A stretch of 64,000 nucleotides of DNA, taken from Candidatus Latescibacterota bacterium. GTDB lineage: Bacteria > Latescibacterota > UBA2968. The notes under the pieces are model-generated. The model made no database searches and was not told the origin of the DNA. It worked only from the letters and a program-made list of their open reading frames with translations. Positions within the stretch are counted from its first letter, which is position 1. Each line of letters opens with the position of its first letter. The DNA is taken from positions 1,312,001-1,376,000 of the forward strand of contig OZ242195.1 of assembly GCA_965205975.1 (NCBI GenBank), written 5' to 3'. The position numbers and the translations under genes were made by a program. Shown piece by piece: positions 27,859 to 35,732 of the stretch.

Positions 27859-30255
27859 ATGGCATATCAATTGATTGGCAAGGATTTTACGCCGCCAGAT
27901 GTGGCGGCAAAGGTTACGGGTAAGGCAAAATACGCCGAGGATTTTCGCGCCGAAGGCATGGTGTTTTGTCGCTTGCTTTTAAGCACAATGCCCCATGCGC
28001 GCGTTCGCAACATCGATGTGTCTGAAGCGATGAAGATGAAGGGCGTTTTGGGTATTTTAACGGCTGATGACGTGCCCGAGCAAAACGCGCCGAACAATCC
28101 CATTTTGACAAATAATCCCCATTATGTGGGGGATCCGATTCTGGCGGTTGCCGCGCTCGACGAGCAGACGGCACAGGATGCAATTGACAAAATTGCGATT
28201 GATTATGAACCCCTGCCTTTTACGCTCGATCCCCTGGAGAGTCTCTATCCCGGCGGCACAAATGCCCGCGAAGACGGCAATGTTCGCAACCGGCGTTCGG
28301 GAAGCGAGACAATCAAATGGACTGCTGGGGATTTTGTCGATAAGGATGTGTGTCCGACGGGCAAACCAGCAACTGAATGGTCTTATGGCGAAGTTGATCA
28401 GGGGTTTGAAAATGCGAAATTGATCGTAGATGAGAGCTTTGTCACGGCAAATAATCCGCATCATTCGATGGAACCGAGATCGTGCATGGCTTTATGGGAA
28501 AACGGTAAGTGTTTCGTGTATGGCGCAACGCAAAGCCAGAGCCGTCCCACGCGCGATCTGGCCCGTCTCCTGGGGATGGAGTCTGAAGACCTGGTTTATA
28601 TCGCAGAATACTGCGGCGGCGGTTTTGGCTCCAAAGGCACGGCGTATCCCGTGATGGCGATTCCGCCGCTTATGTCCAAAAAAGTTGGGCGCCCCGTGAT
28701 GATGCGTATTAGTCGCGTGGAAGAGTATTTCATCGGGTCTGCGCGCCACGGTTTTCAGGGGCGAATTAAAATTGGTTTTCGCAGCGATGGGCGGATCAGT
28801 GCGCTGGATATGTACGTGATTCAGGAAAATGGTGCCTATCGCGGGGGTGGTGATTGGACTGCTGCTGGCGATGCAGTTTCGCTGGTTTATACGCCCGAAG
28901 CCATGCGCTTTCGGGGGATTCCCGTATATACCAATACGCCGATCAGAGGGGCACAGCGAGGTCCCGGACAAAATCAGATTGCCTGTGTGGTCGAGCCCTT
29001 GCTCGACAAAGCTGCCGAGGAATTGGGCATTGATCAACTGGCGATTCGGCGCATTAATGCACCCGATAACGATTCGAAATACGGGCGCAGGCAGGGACCT
29101 GTTACTAGCGTTTATATGCGCGAGGCACTGGACAAAGGCGGCAAGGCTTTTGATTGGGCAGGAAAAAAGCAAAAAAGCCGTCAGAAGAGTGGCTCAAAGG
29201 TTATTGGTGTGGGGATTGGACAGGCTTATCACTCGGCGGGTTCAAGTAAGTTTGATGGCCTGGTGCGCCTGACGCCAGAGGGCAAGTTGCACATTCATTC
29301 TGGCGTTGGCAATCTCGGCACGTTTTCGCACACTGCAACCTCTCTCGCAGCCGCCGAAGTACTGACGTGTAAATGGGAAAATTGCGTGATTGAGCGGGGT
29401 GACAGCCGCCGTCATTTGCCGTGGAACCACGCACAGTGGGGGAGCAATACCTCGTTTACGATGACGCGCACGAATTATGTTGCGGCTATGGATGCGAAAA
29501 ACAAATTGCTGGAGATTGCAGCAAAGGACCTGGGTGGCTCTCCCGGCGATTACGATCTGGCCGATGAACGGGTTGTGCATAAGACGGACAAATCCAAAAG
29601 CATGGGATTTGCAGATGCGGCAAAACGCGCAATAGAACTGGGGGGCAAGTACGACGGTCATGAAGCTCCTGAAGATATTCACGACATGACAAAAGCCTCG
29701 GTGGTTGCGCTTGCGGGCACGGGTTTGATCGGTGTTGCCAAAGACAATCTGAAGCACGAGGGCGTTGTGCCAGCCATGGCTGTTGGATTTATCGAGATAG
29801 AATTGGATCTGGAGACCGGCAAGTACGAGATTTTGGATTATGTGGGGGTTGCAGAATGCGGTACGGTATTGCATCCACAAGGTCTGGAGACGCAGATCAA
29901 AGGCGGCGCAGTTATGGGTTTTGGTCTGGCTGCTCTGGAGCGGTACGTATATGATCCGCAAAACGGCCTTCCCGCAAATATGGGACTTTATCAGTGCAAG
30001 CCGCCGTCTTATCTCGATGTGCCATCTGAGATGAAAACCGAGGTGGTCGATATCGCCGATCCCCAAAATCCAGTTGGTGCTAAGGGGATAGGTGAGCCTG
30101 TGCAAGGCTGTGCCGCTGCCGCGCTTTTGTGCGCGATTTCAGATGCGCTGGGCGGGCATTATTTTAATCGCATGCCAGTGACGACCGATCATATTGTCAA
30201 TGCAGCCGCAGGACGCGAACAGTCGTATAAGGCGCTGCAGGTGAATACGGTATGA
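27859..30255 (+). CDS. Molybdopterin subunit, xanthine dehydrogenase / aldehyde oxidoreductase family
   Basis: KVTGKAKY, MEPR, GGGFGSK, AQRGPG and GAKGIGE. Confidence 0.95.
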   Translation: MAYQLIGKDFTPPDVAAKVTGKAKYAEDFRAEGMVFCRLLLSTMPHARVRNIDVSEAMKMKGVLGILTADDVPEQNAPNNPILTNNPHYVGDPILAVAALDEQTAQDAIDKIAIDYEPLPFTLDPLESLYPGGTNAREDGNVRNRRSGSETIKWTAGDFVDKDVCPTGKPATEWSYGEVDQGFENAKLIVDESFVTANNPHHSMEPRSCMALWENGKCFVYGATQSQSRPTRDLARLLGMESEDLVYIAEYCGGGFGSKGTAYPVMAIPPLMSKKVGRPVMMRISRVEEYFIGSARHGFQGRIKIGFRSDGRISALDMYVIQENGAYRGGGDWTAAGDAVSLVYTPEAMRFRGIPVYTNTPIRGAQRGPGQNQIACVVEPLLDKAAEELGIDQLAIRRINAPDNDSKYGRRQGPVTSVYMREALDKGGKAFDWAGKKQKSRQKSGSKVIGVGIGQAYHSAGSSKFDGLVRLTPEGKLHIHSGVGNLGTFSHTATSLAAAEVLTCKWENCVIERGDSRRHLPWNHAQWGSNTSFTMTRTNYVAAMDAKNKLLEIAAKDLGGSPGDYDLADERVVHKTDKSKSMGFADAAKRAIELGGKYDGHEAPEDIHDMTKASVVALAGTGLIGVAKDNLKHEGVVPAMAVGFIEIELDLETGKYEILDYVGVAECGTVLHPQGLETQIKGGAVMGFGLAALERYVYDPQNGLPANMGLYQCKPPSYLDVPSEMKTEVVDIADPQNPVGAKGIGEPVQGCAAAALLCAISDALGGHYFNRMPVTTDHIVNAAAGREQSYKALQVNTV

Positions 30256-30293
30256 GAAGTGTGATCCGCAGATGGACGCAGATGGACGCAGAT
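30256..30293 (+). repeat. CGCAGAT tandem repeat, copy 2
   Basis: GAAGTGTGATCCGCAGATGGACGCAGATGGACGCAGAT directly after the stop codon. Confidence 0.9.
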
Positions 30294-30295
30294 AT

Positions 30296-30320
30296 GTAGG
30301 GGCGCCCCTCGTGGTCGCCC
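30296..30320 (+). repeat. REP-like palindrome with GTAG foot
   Basis: GTAG-GGGCG-CCCCTCGTGGT-CGCCC; single copy in the window. Confidence 0.6.
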
Positions 30321-30361
30321 GTGTATGAGTGTGAAATGCGAAGGAGAAAGGAGGAAATGAT

Positions 30362-31351
30362 ATGCTCAAAGATATGATGGCTAATTTTGAATTGTATCAG
30401 CCCACTGCAATAGATCACGCGCTGAATTTAATGGATCGCTATGGCGATGACGGTTGGGTTCTGGCAGGGGGGCAGGATAGTTTTGACTGGTTTAAGGACC
30501 GCGCCAAGAAGCCCCAAGCAGTTATCGATATTAACGGTATTGATGATTTGCATGGGATACGAGAAACAGCCGATGGGGTTGAGATTGGCGCGTTGACCAC
30601 GCTGACGGAGATCGAGACAAGTGCGCTGATTAAAGAGAAATACGGCGTGTTGGCAGATGCTGCGCGTCATGTCGCCAGTCCGCAAATTCGCAATGCGGGA
30701 ACGATTGGGGGCAATGTCTGTCAGGATACGCGTTGCTGGTATTACCGGTATGGTCTGGATTGTTATCGGGCGGGCGGGAATACATGTTATGCCGATACGC
30801 CCGAGGGAATTGACCGCGAACATTGTCTTTTTGGAGCTGATCGGTGTATTGCCGTGTCTCCTTCAGATACCGCACCCGCACTTGTTGCCCTCGATGCGCG
30901 TATGGTGGTTGTAAATGGCGATGGAGAAAAAGAGGTGCTGGCAGAGAACTTTTTTATTGGTCCAGATGTGGATATTATGCGGATGACGATTTTGCAACCG
31001 GGTGATTTGCTCAAGTCGATTGTGATTCCCAATACATGGGCAGGTGCGCGTTTTTATTTTGAAAAGGTGGCCGAAAGGAACACCTGGGATTTCGCGCTGG
31101 TCAATATTGCCTCTGCGATGAAGGTGGAGAACGATGAGATTGTCGATATCCGCATGGCATGCGGTGGTGTTGCGTGTGTGCCACTGCGCTTGACGGTTGT
31201 GGAAGAGGTAGTCAAGGGCAGTCCCCAAAATGGCGCGTCTGCCGACCTCGCTGCGAGTGCGGCAAGCCGAGGGGCTACGCCGCTGAATTACAATGGGTTT
31301 AAGATTCCCCTTATGGAAAGTCTGGTCAAACGGGCGATACGAGAGAGTTAA
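30362..31351 (+). CDS. FAD subunit (PaoB/YagS-like, with [4Fe-4S] insertion)
   Basis: LAGGQD, QIRNAGTIGGN and CQDTRCWYYR...C...C. Confidence 0.93.
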   Translation: MLKDMMANFELYQPTAIDHALNLMDRYGDDGWVLAGGQDSFDWFKDRAKKPQAVIDINGIDDLHGIRETADGVEIGALTTLTEIETSALIKEKYGVLADAARHVASPQIRNAGTIGGNVCQDTRCWYYRYGLDCYRAGGNTCYADTPEGIDREHCLFGADRCIAVSPSDTAPALVALDARMVVVNGDGEKEVLAENFFIGPDVDIMRMTILQPGDLLKSIVIPNTWAGARFYFEKVAERNTWDFALVNIASAMKVENDEIVDIRMACGGVACVPLRLTVVEEVVKGSPQNGASADLAASAASRGATPLNYNGFKIPLMESLVKRAIRES

Positions 31352-31506
31352 TGGATATTTTTCGATATACCAGCGATGCCTGGGGACAGCGGGTTTTAGA
31401 AGGTCTTTCGTGGGATTTAATTGGGTATTTTGCAGGTGCTGGCGTTGTGTTTATTGTTTTGCATGCGGGTTATATGCACTTTTTTGTGAAAAAAAACGGT
31501 CAATGA
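31351..31506 (+). CDS. 51-aa single-TM protein, possibly the detached N-terminus of the cytochrome b
   Basis: Hand translation MDIFRYTSDAWGQRVLEGLSWDLIGYFAGAGVVFIVLHAGYMHFFVKKNGQ; TAATG and ATGA overlaps with neighbours. Confidence 0.75.
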   Translation: MDIFRYTSDAWGQRVLEGLSWDLIGYFAGAGVVFIVLHAGYMHFFVKKNGQ

Positions 31507-32129
31507 ATACTCTGTTGAGACATACGCTCGCTACCCGAATCAATCACTGGTTGATGGCAGCGTGTATGATTGCCCTGTTGTTGACTGGTTTTTTGCCGAT
31601 TTTGGGAATCAAGTTTGCGTGGGTGACGTTGCACTGGGTTTCTGGTGTGATTTTTACCGCTTCTGTTCTGTTTCACATTATTTACGCTCTGACCCGGCAA
31701 GACTGGCGGTCTATGTGGATCGCACGAGGAGAATTTGCAGATGTTCTTTCCTCGCTGTCGGGTTCGATCAAGGCTTTGAAAGTTTCTCCCGGCAAATACT
31801 GGCTGATGCAAAAGATTTATCACCATATCGTGGCGATTATGAGCCTGATTGCCTGTGTGACGGGTATTTTGATGTTGCTTAAAATTGATTCGCCTTTCTG
31901 GACGCGTGATCCTTATGTTTTTTCAGGTGAAAGCTGGGGTATTATTTATGTTTTGCACGATTTTTCAGGTCTGTGTTTTATCCCGTTGATTATGATGCAT
32001 GTTTATTTTGCAATACGACCGGAGAAACTTTTTTATACGCGATCGATGATTAAAGGATGGATTACAGACGAGGAATATCGCGCACATCACGATCCCAAAA
32101 AGTGGGATGCTAAAAGAAAAGGCATATGA
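31503..32129 (+). CDS. Di-haem cytochrome b (FdnI/HyaC-like)
   Basis: RINHW, LHWVSG, GKY..MQK.YH and LHD...MHVYF; four TMs. Confidence 0.88.
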   Translation: MNTLLRHTLATRINHWLMAACMIALLLTGFLPILGIKFAWVTLHWVSGVIFTASVLFHIIYALTRQDWRSMWIARGEFADVLSSLSGSIKALKVSPGKYWLMQKIYHHIVAIMSLIACVTGILMLLKIDSPFWTRDPYVFSGESWGIIYVLHDFSGLCFIPLIMMHVYFAIRPEKLFYTRSMIKGWITDEEYRAHHDPKKWDAKRKGI

Positions 32130-32132
32130 CGA

Positions 32133-32513
32133 ATGGCAGATGTTTTCTCAAAGTGGGCGCAACATATTGAAGCGATTGAGTCGGGCTATGAATTGATGCT
32201 GGCTTATGCCGCACAGGGTATAGAAGGAGATGACGCGCCAGACTCTCAGATACGACACGCGCTAAAAGAGATGAATAACGCGCTCGATAATCTGGGAAAA
32301 TCCGCAGTGCGTATTGCAGAAGAAAGAGAGCTTGTGGATTATCGGAATTTTTTGGACGCGATGAATGCCGATGCGAAAAGAGCACAGGCGGGCATTAAAC
32401 TCGTGCTGGGCAAGCCCACCATCAGTTCCCAGTTGATCGACAACTTAAATGCCTCTATCCATTTGCGCGCGCTACTGACCGATCTGTTTTTGATTGATGA
32501 GGCTTTGAAATGA
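32133..32513 (+). CDS. Helical hypothetical protein, last gene of the molybdoenzyme operon
   Basis: Starts 3 bp after the cytochrome b gene and is followed by a terminator. Confidence 0.8.
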   Translation: MADVFSKWAQHIEAIESGYELMLAYAAQGIEGDDAPDSQIRHALKEMNNALDNLGKSAVRIAEERELVDYRNFLDAMNADAKRAQAGIKLVLGKPTISSQLIDNLNASIHLRALLTDLFLIDEALK

Positions 32514-32538
32514 GATTGTAGATTTTATGTTTTGTATC

Positions 32539-32571
32539 AAAAGGTCGTGAGTCATATTCACGACCTTTTTT
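32539..32571. terminator. Bidirectional terminator
   Basis: AAAAGGTCGTGA-GTCATAT-TCACGACCTTTTTT. Confidence 0.85.
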
Positions 32572-32597
32572 ATAGGTCTGGCAATGCGTATTGCGCC

Positions 32598-33428
32598 TCA
32601 GGGGCACTCGCCGCGTGTGAGTCTGCTCTGGATATCGTCTAATACAAACGGCACGTCCCAGATGCCATCGACGACATAGTGTGCGCCGGACTGATGCATG
32701 CGCTGATATACGGTCTCGAGTTGTGTTTGCAGTACTTCGGGATCAAGTTGGTTGATTTCTTCTTCGTTTAGACCGATTTCATTTCCTGTTTTTGCAAGTC
32801 CAATAGTCCACATGCCGGCATTGAGACCTTCTTCGATGCCGGGGATCGTGTCATCGACTTTGACACAGGCTGCAAAGGGATACACGCCCAGTTGCATGGC
32901 ATTTTGCACACACATCCACGGTGCTGGGCGGCCTTCGGGAACGTCGGTTGCGCATACGGTTGCATCGGGTTCGTAACCGCGCTTTTTGGCTTCTTCCTGT
33001 AATAGTGCCATCATTTCGCCTGTATATCCGGTGGTTGATCCTATTTTTAATCCGCGCTTGCGAAACTCGGCAACGGCTTCCAGTGTACCGGGAATTAGAT
33101 CGGCGTATTCAGCCAGGCAACTCAGTTGCAAGGGCACAAATGCTTCAAACATCTCGTCGATATCCGATTCCTCCGGTGGTCGATTGTAGGTATCTTCCCA
33201 GCGCTGGTGTACAGATTCGATTTGAGATATTTTGTGGATGTGAACTTTTTTATGCGCCCCCATTGGCGCACGCGCCTCGGCCATGCTGATGGGTACTCGC
33301 ATGCGTTCGTACACCTGGCGAAAGACCACAGCTGGCGCATAACATCCGTAATCCATCGAGGTTCCCGCCCAATCTAACAAAATGGCTTTTAGCGCACCGC
33401 GATATGTACGTCGAAAATAAAAATCCAT
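32598..33428 (-). CDS. phnX: Phosphonoacetaldehyde hydrolase (phosphonatase)
   Basis: HAD motif DWAGT..DYG..AP, cap ARAPMGAHKKVH (Schiff-base Lys) and KVDDT.PGIEEG; AAAGGA RBS. Confidence 0.95.
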   Translation of the reverse strand: MDFYFRRTYRGALKAILLDWAGTSMDYGCYAPAVVFRQVYERMRVPISMAEARAPMGAHKKVHIHKISQIESVHQRWEDTYNRPPEESDIDEMFEAFVPLQLSCLAEYADLIPGTLEAVAEFRKRGLKIGSTTGYTGEMMALLQEEAKKRGYEPDATVCATDVPEGRPAPWMCVQNAMQLGVYPFAACVKVDDTIPGIEEGLNAGMWTIGLAKTGNEIGLNEEEINQLDPEVLQTQLETVYQRMHQSGAHYVVDGIWDVPFVLDDIQSRLTRGECP

Positions 33429-33456
33429 TTTCTGTCCTTTCTGATTTATTAAAAAA

Positions 33457-34605
33457 ATGAAGCGTCTTGTGAAACAGATTATCCACATGGCACCCGGAGC
33501 TATTGAGACTGTGCAGTCTTTGTTAGATGACAGAGCCGTGCGGTCTGTTTTTGTTGTGGCTGATCGCACAGCTTACGATAAATCCGGTGCAAAAATGTAT
33601 ATAGAATCCGCATTACAGGGGCGCGTCCAGGCCATATTTGATGATTTCGCGCCCAATCCCAAATACGCCGATGTGATACGCGGTGTCAAATTCTGGCACG
33701 CACATCCATGTGATATAATGATTGCCATAGGTGGCGGATCTGCAATTGATATGGCCAAGCTCATTGGCATTTGCGGTACACATCGCGGACAATACCGCGA
33801 ACTTCTCACAGGGAATATACCGATTCGGGATAAGGTTGCGCCGTTAATCGCCATTCCCACCACAGCGGGTACGGGGAGTGAAGCTACGCATTTTGCTGTG
33901 GTTTATGTCGGGGAACAAAAATATTCCGTTGCACACGCCAATGTGTTGCCCGACTACGCAATTATCGATCCCAATCTGACAGATAATTTGCCGCCTTCTA
34001 TTACCGCACATACGGGACTGGACGCACTGTCACAGGCCGTTGAATCTTTGTGGAGTGTGAATGCAACCGCGCAATCGCGTGTTTTTGCAAGTGAAGCTCT
34101 GACGCTGGTGCTCGATAATCTCGAGGCTGCTGTTCACCGTCCCACATCCGATGTGCGCGCCAATATGTGTCGCGCAGCCCATCTATCGGGCAAAGCGATC
34201 AATATCAGCAAGACCACAGCACCTCACGCGATTTCCTATACGCTCACATCTCAATTTGGCGTGCCTCACGGTTTGGCTGTGGCTCTGACGTTGGGGGCAG
34301 TTTTAATATACAACAATGGGGTAACCCGTGGTGATTGTTGGCATCCCAAAGGTGTTGCTCAAGTCCAGAAAGATATTAGAGGTATCAACAGGCTGATAGG
34401 GGTCGCGAGTTCTGAAGAAGCGCGAAAGCACATTGACGGTCTCATCAGCGCCATTGGTTGTCCAACCCACCTGCGACAGGTCGGTGTGGATACCGATGCA
34501 GACCTGGAAATACTTGTGCAGAATGTCAACACGGAACGTCTAAAAAACAATCCCCGCGCCCTGTCGGAGTTTGAGTTAAGACGAATACTCAAAGAAACCC
34601 ATTAG
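33457..34605 (+). CDS. Iron-containing alcohol dehydrogenase, phosphonoacetaldehyde reductase / HEP dehydrogenase-like
   Basis: GGGSAIDMAK, PTTAGTGSEATHFAV, AINISKTTAPHAISY, VPHG and ERLKNNPR. Confidence 0.85.
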   Translation: MKRLVKQIIHMAPGAIETVQSLLDDRAVRSVFVVADRTAYDKSGAKMYIESALQGRVQAIFDDFAPNPKYADVIRGVKFWHAHPCDIMIAIGGGSAIDMAKLIGICGTHRGQYRELLTGNIPIRDKVAPLIAIPTTAGTGSEATHFAVVYVGEQKYSVAHANVLPDYAIIDPNLTDNLPPSITAHTGLDALSQAVESLWSVNATAQSRVFASEALTLVLDNLEAAVHRPTSDVRANMCRAAHLSGKAINISKTTAPHAISYTLTSQFGVPHGLAVALTLGAVLIYNNGVTRGDCWHPKGVAQVQKDIRGINRLIGVASSEEARKHIDGLISAIGCPTHLRQVGVDTDADLEILVQNVNTERLKNNPRALSEFELRRILKETH

Positions 34606-34612
34606 AGGTATT

Positions 34613-34684
34613 ATGGCAGAGGCTTTAAAAGAGGTCGAGACAACACGCGATCGCCCAGATACGGTCACTCCGAGCAGTGAGTAA
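34613..34684 (+). other. 23-codon mini-ORF or gene remnant
   Basis: AGAGGT RBS then MAEALKEVETTRDRPDTVTPSSE*. Confidence 0.35.
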
Positions 34685-34820
34685 GATACGCCTTTAGGGT
34701 GGAAATTTTATAGACGAGTTGGATTTGGGATGGCAAACTCCGCGTTTTGTGTTATAATTTGTAGTAAATTGGTAGTTCCTAACACTAATAAAACAGAACC
34801 GGAAAAAAGGAAAGATACCT

Positions 34821-35096
34821 ATGCTCCAGATTGAAATTCACTCCCGCGACCTCGAAAAAGAGGTGAACGCCCTGATTGACGCGGGGCTTTATGCCGACTC
34901 GCAGGCGTTGATGACCGATGCTCTTGAAAAATTGGTCACTACGAAAAAAGAAGCTCGCCTTGATGCCGCAATTTTGCTCTATCAACAGCATGAAGTGACG
35001 CTCGCCAGAGCTGCGGAATTGGCCGGAATCCACCGTTTTGAGTTTGAAACTGCGTTGGAAACGAAAGGTATCTCGAAAATCGTAGAAGTCGATTAA
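34821..35096 (+). CDS. UPF0175-family putative antitoxin, possibly C-terminally truncated
   Basis: AILLYQQHEVTLARAAELAGIHRFEF. Confidence 0.8.
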   Translation: MLQIEIHSRDLEKEVNALIDAGLYADSQALMTDALEKLVTTKKEARLDAAILLYQQHEVTLARAAELAGIHRFEFETALETKGISKIVEVD

Positions 35097-35173
35097 ACCG
35101 AAGCCTTACAAGCAGGCGTTTTACTCATCAAATGACAGTAGAAATTAAACGACAGCGCCAAAGGGGCTTAGTC

Positions 35174-35665
35174 GTGGTTTTTGTTGATACAGATGTGCTT
35201 TCCATATTCGCTAAAATTCAACGGCTTCCCTTGTTGTTTACCGTCTTTAATGAGGATCATCTCAATATTTCCACCGCTGTAGAGAACGAACTCCAAACGG
35301 GCATCGCTAAGGGATTTGACTTTGCGCAAGACGTTATAGCATTGCATTCTCAAGGGCAAATCGTAACATATCATCCGACAACTATTGATCAACGTTTCAC
35401 TGCGACTTTGCCCATGACGCTTGGTTCAGGAGAGCGCGAGTCAATGGCGATTTGTAAACGGTTAAATGCCATCTTTGTTAGCAACGAGCGACGGGTTAAA
35501 CATCACTGTCGAGAAAATGGGATAGATTGCGTAAACCTATCTGAAATTTTGCGTGCGCTATGGGAACGTGAAATTTTAATGCAAGCCGATGTGAGGAAGA
35601 TCATCACTGAGATCGAAACGAAAGACAATCTTAAATTTCGAACAACAGATCCAATTTTCAAATGA
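35174..35665 (+). CDS. PIN-domain putative toxin
   Basis: VFVDTDVLS, LGSGERESMA and FVSNE. Confidence 0.82.
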   Translation: MVFVDTDVLSIFAKIQRLPLLFTVFNEDHLNISTAVENELQTGIAKGFDFAQDVIALHSQGQIVTYHPTTIDQRFTATLPMTLGSGERESMAICKRLNAIFVSNERRVKHHCRENGIDCVNLSEILRALWEREILMQADVRKIITEIETKDNLKFRTTDPIFK

Positions 35666-35732
35666 ACTCCATATAACGAGCCTTATCAAACACCCCGCTT
35701 TCGCAATCGTTTTTTTCTGTGTGATATACCTT

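Noticed and set aside
29242..30105. Long antisense ORFs (287 aa here; also 9217-9933, 28492-29172, 55729-56457, 49411-50100)
   Set aside because: They are shadows of well-supported genes on the opposite strand, with no recognisable motifs.
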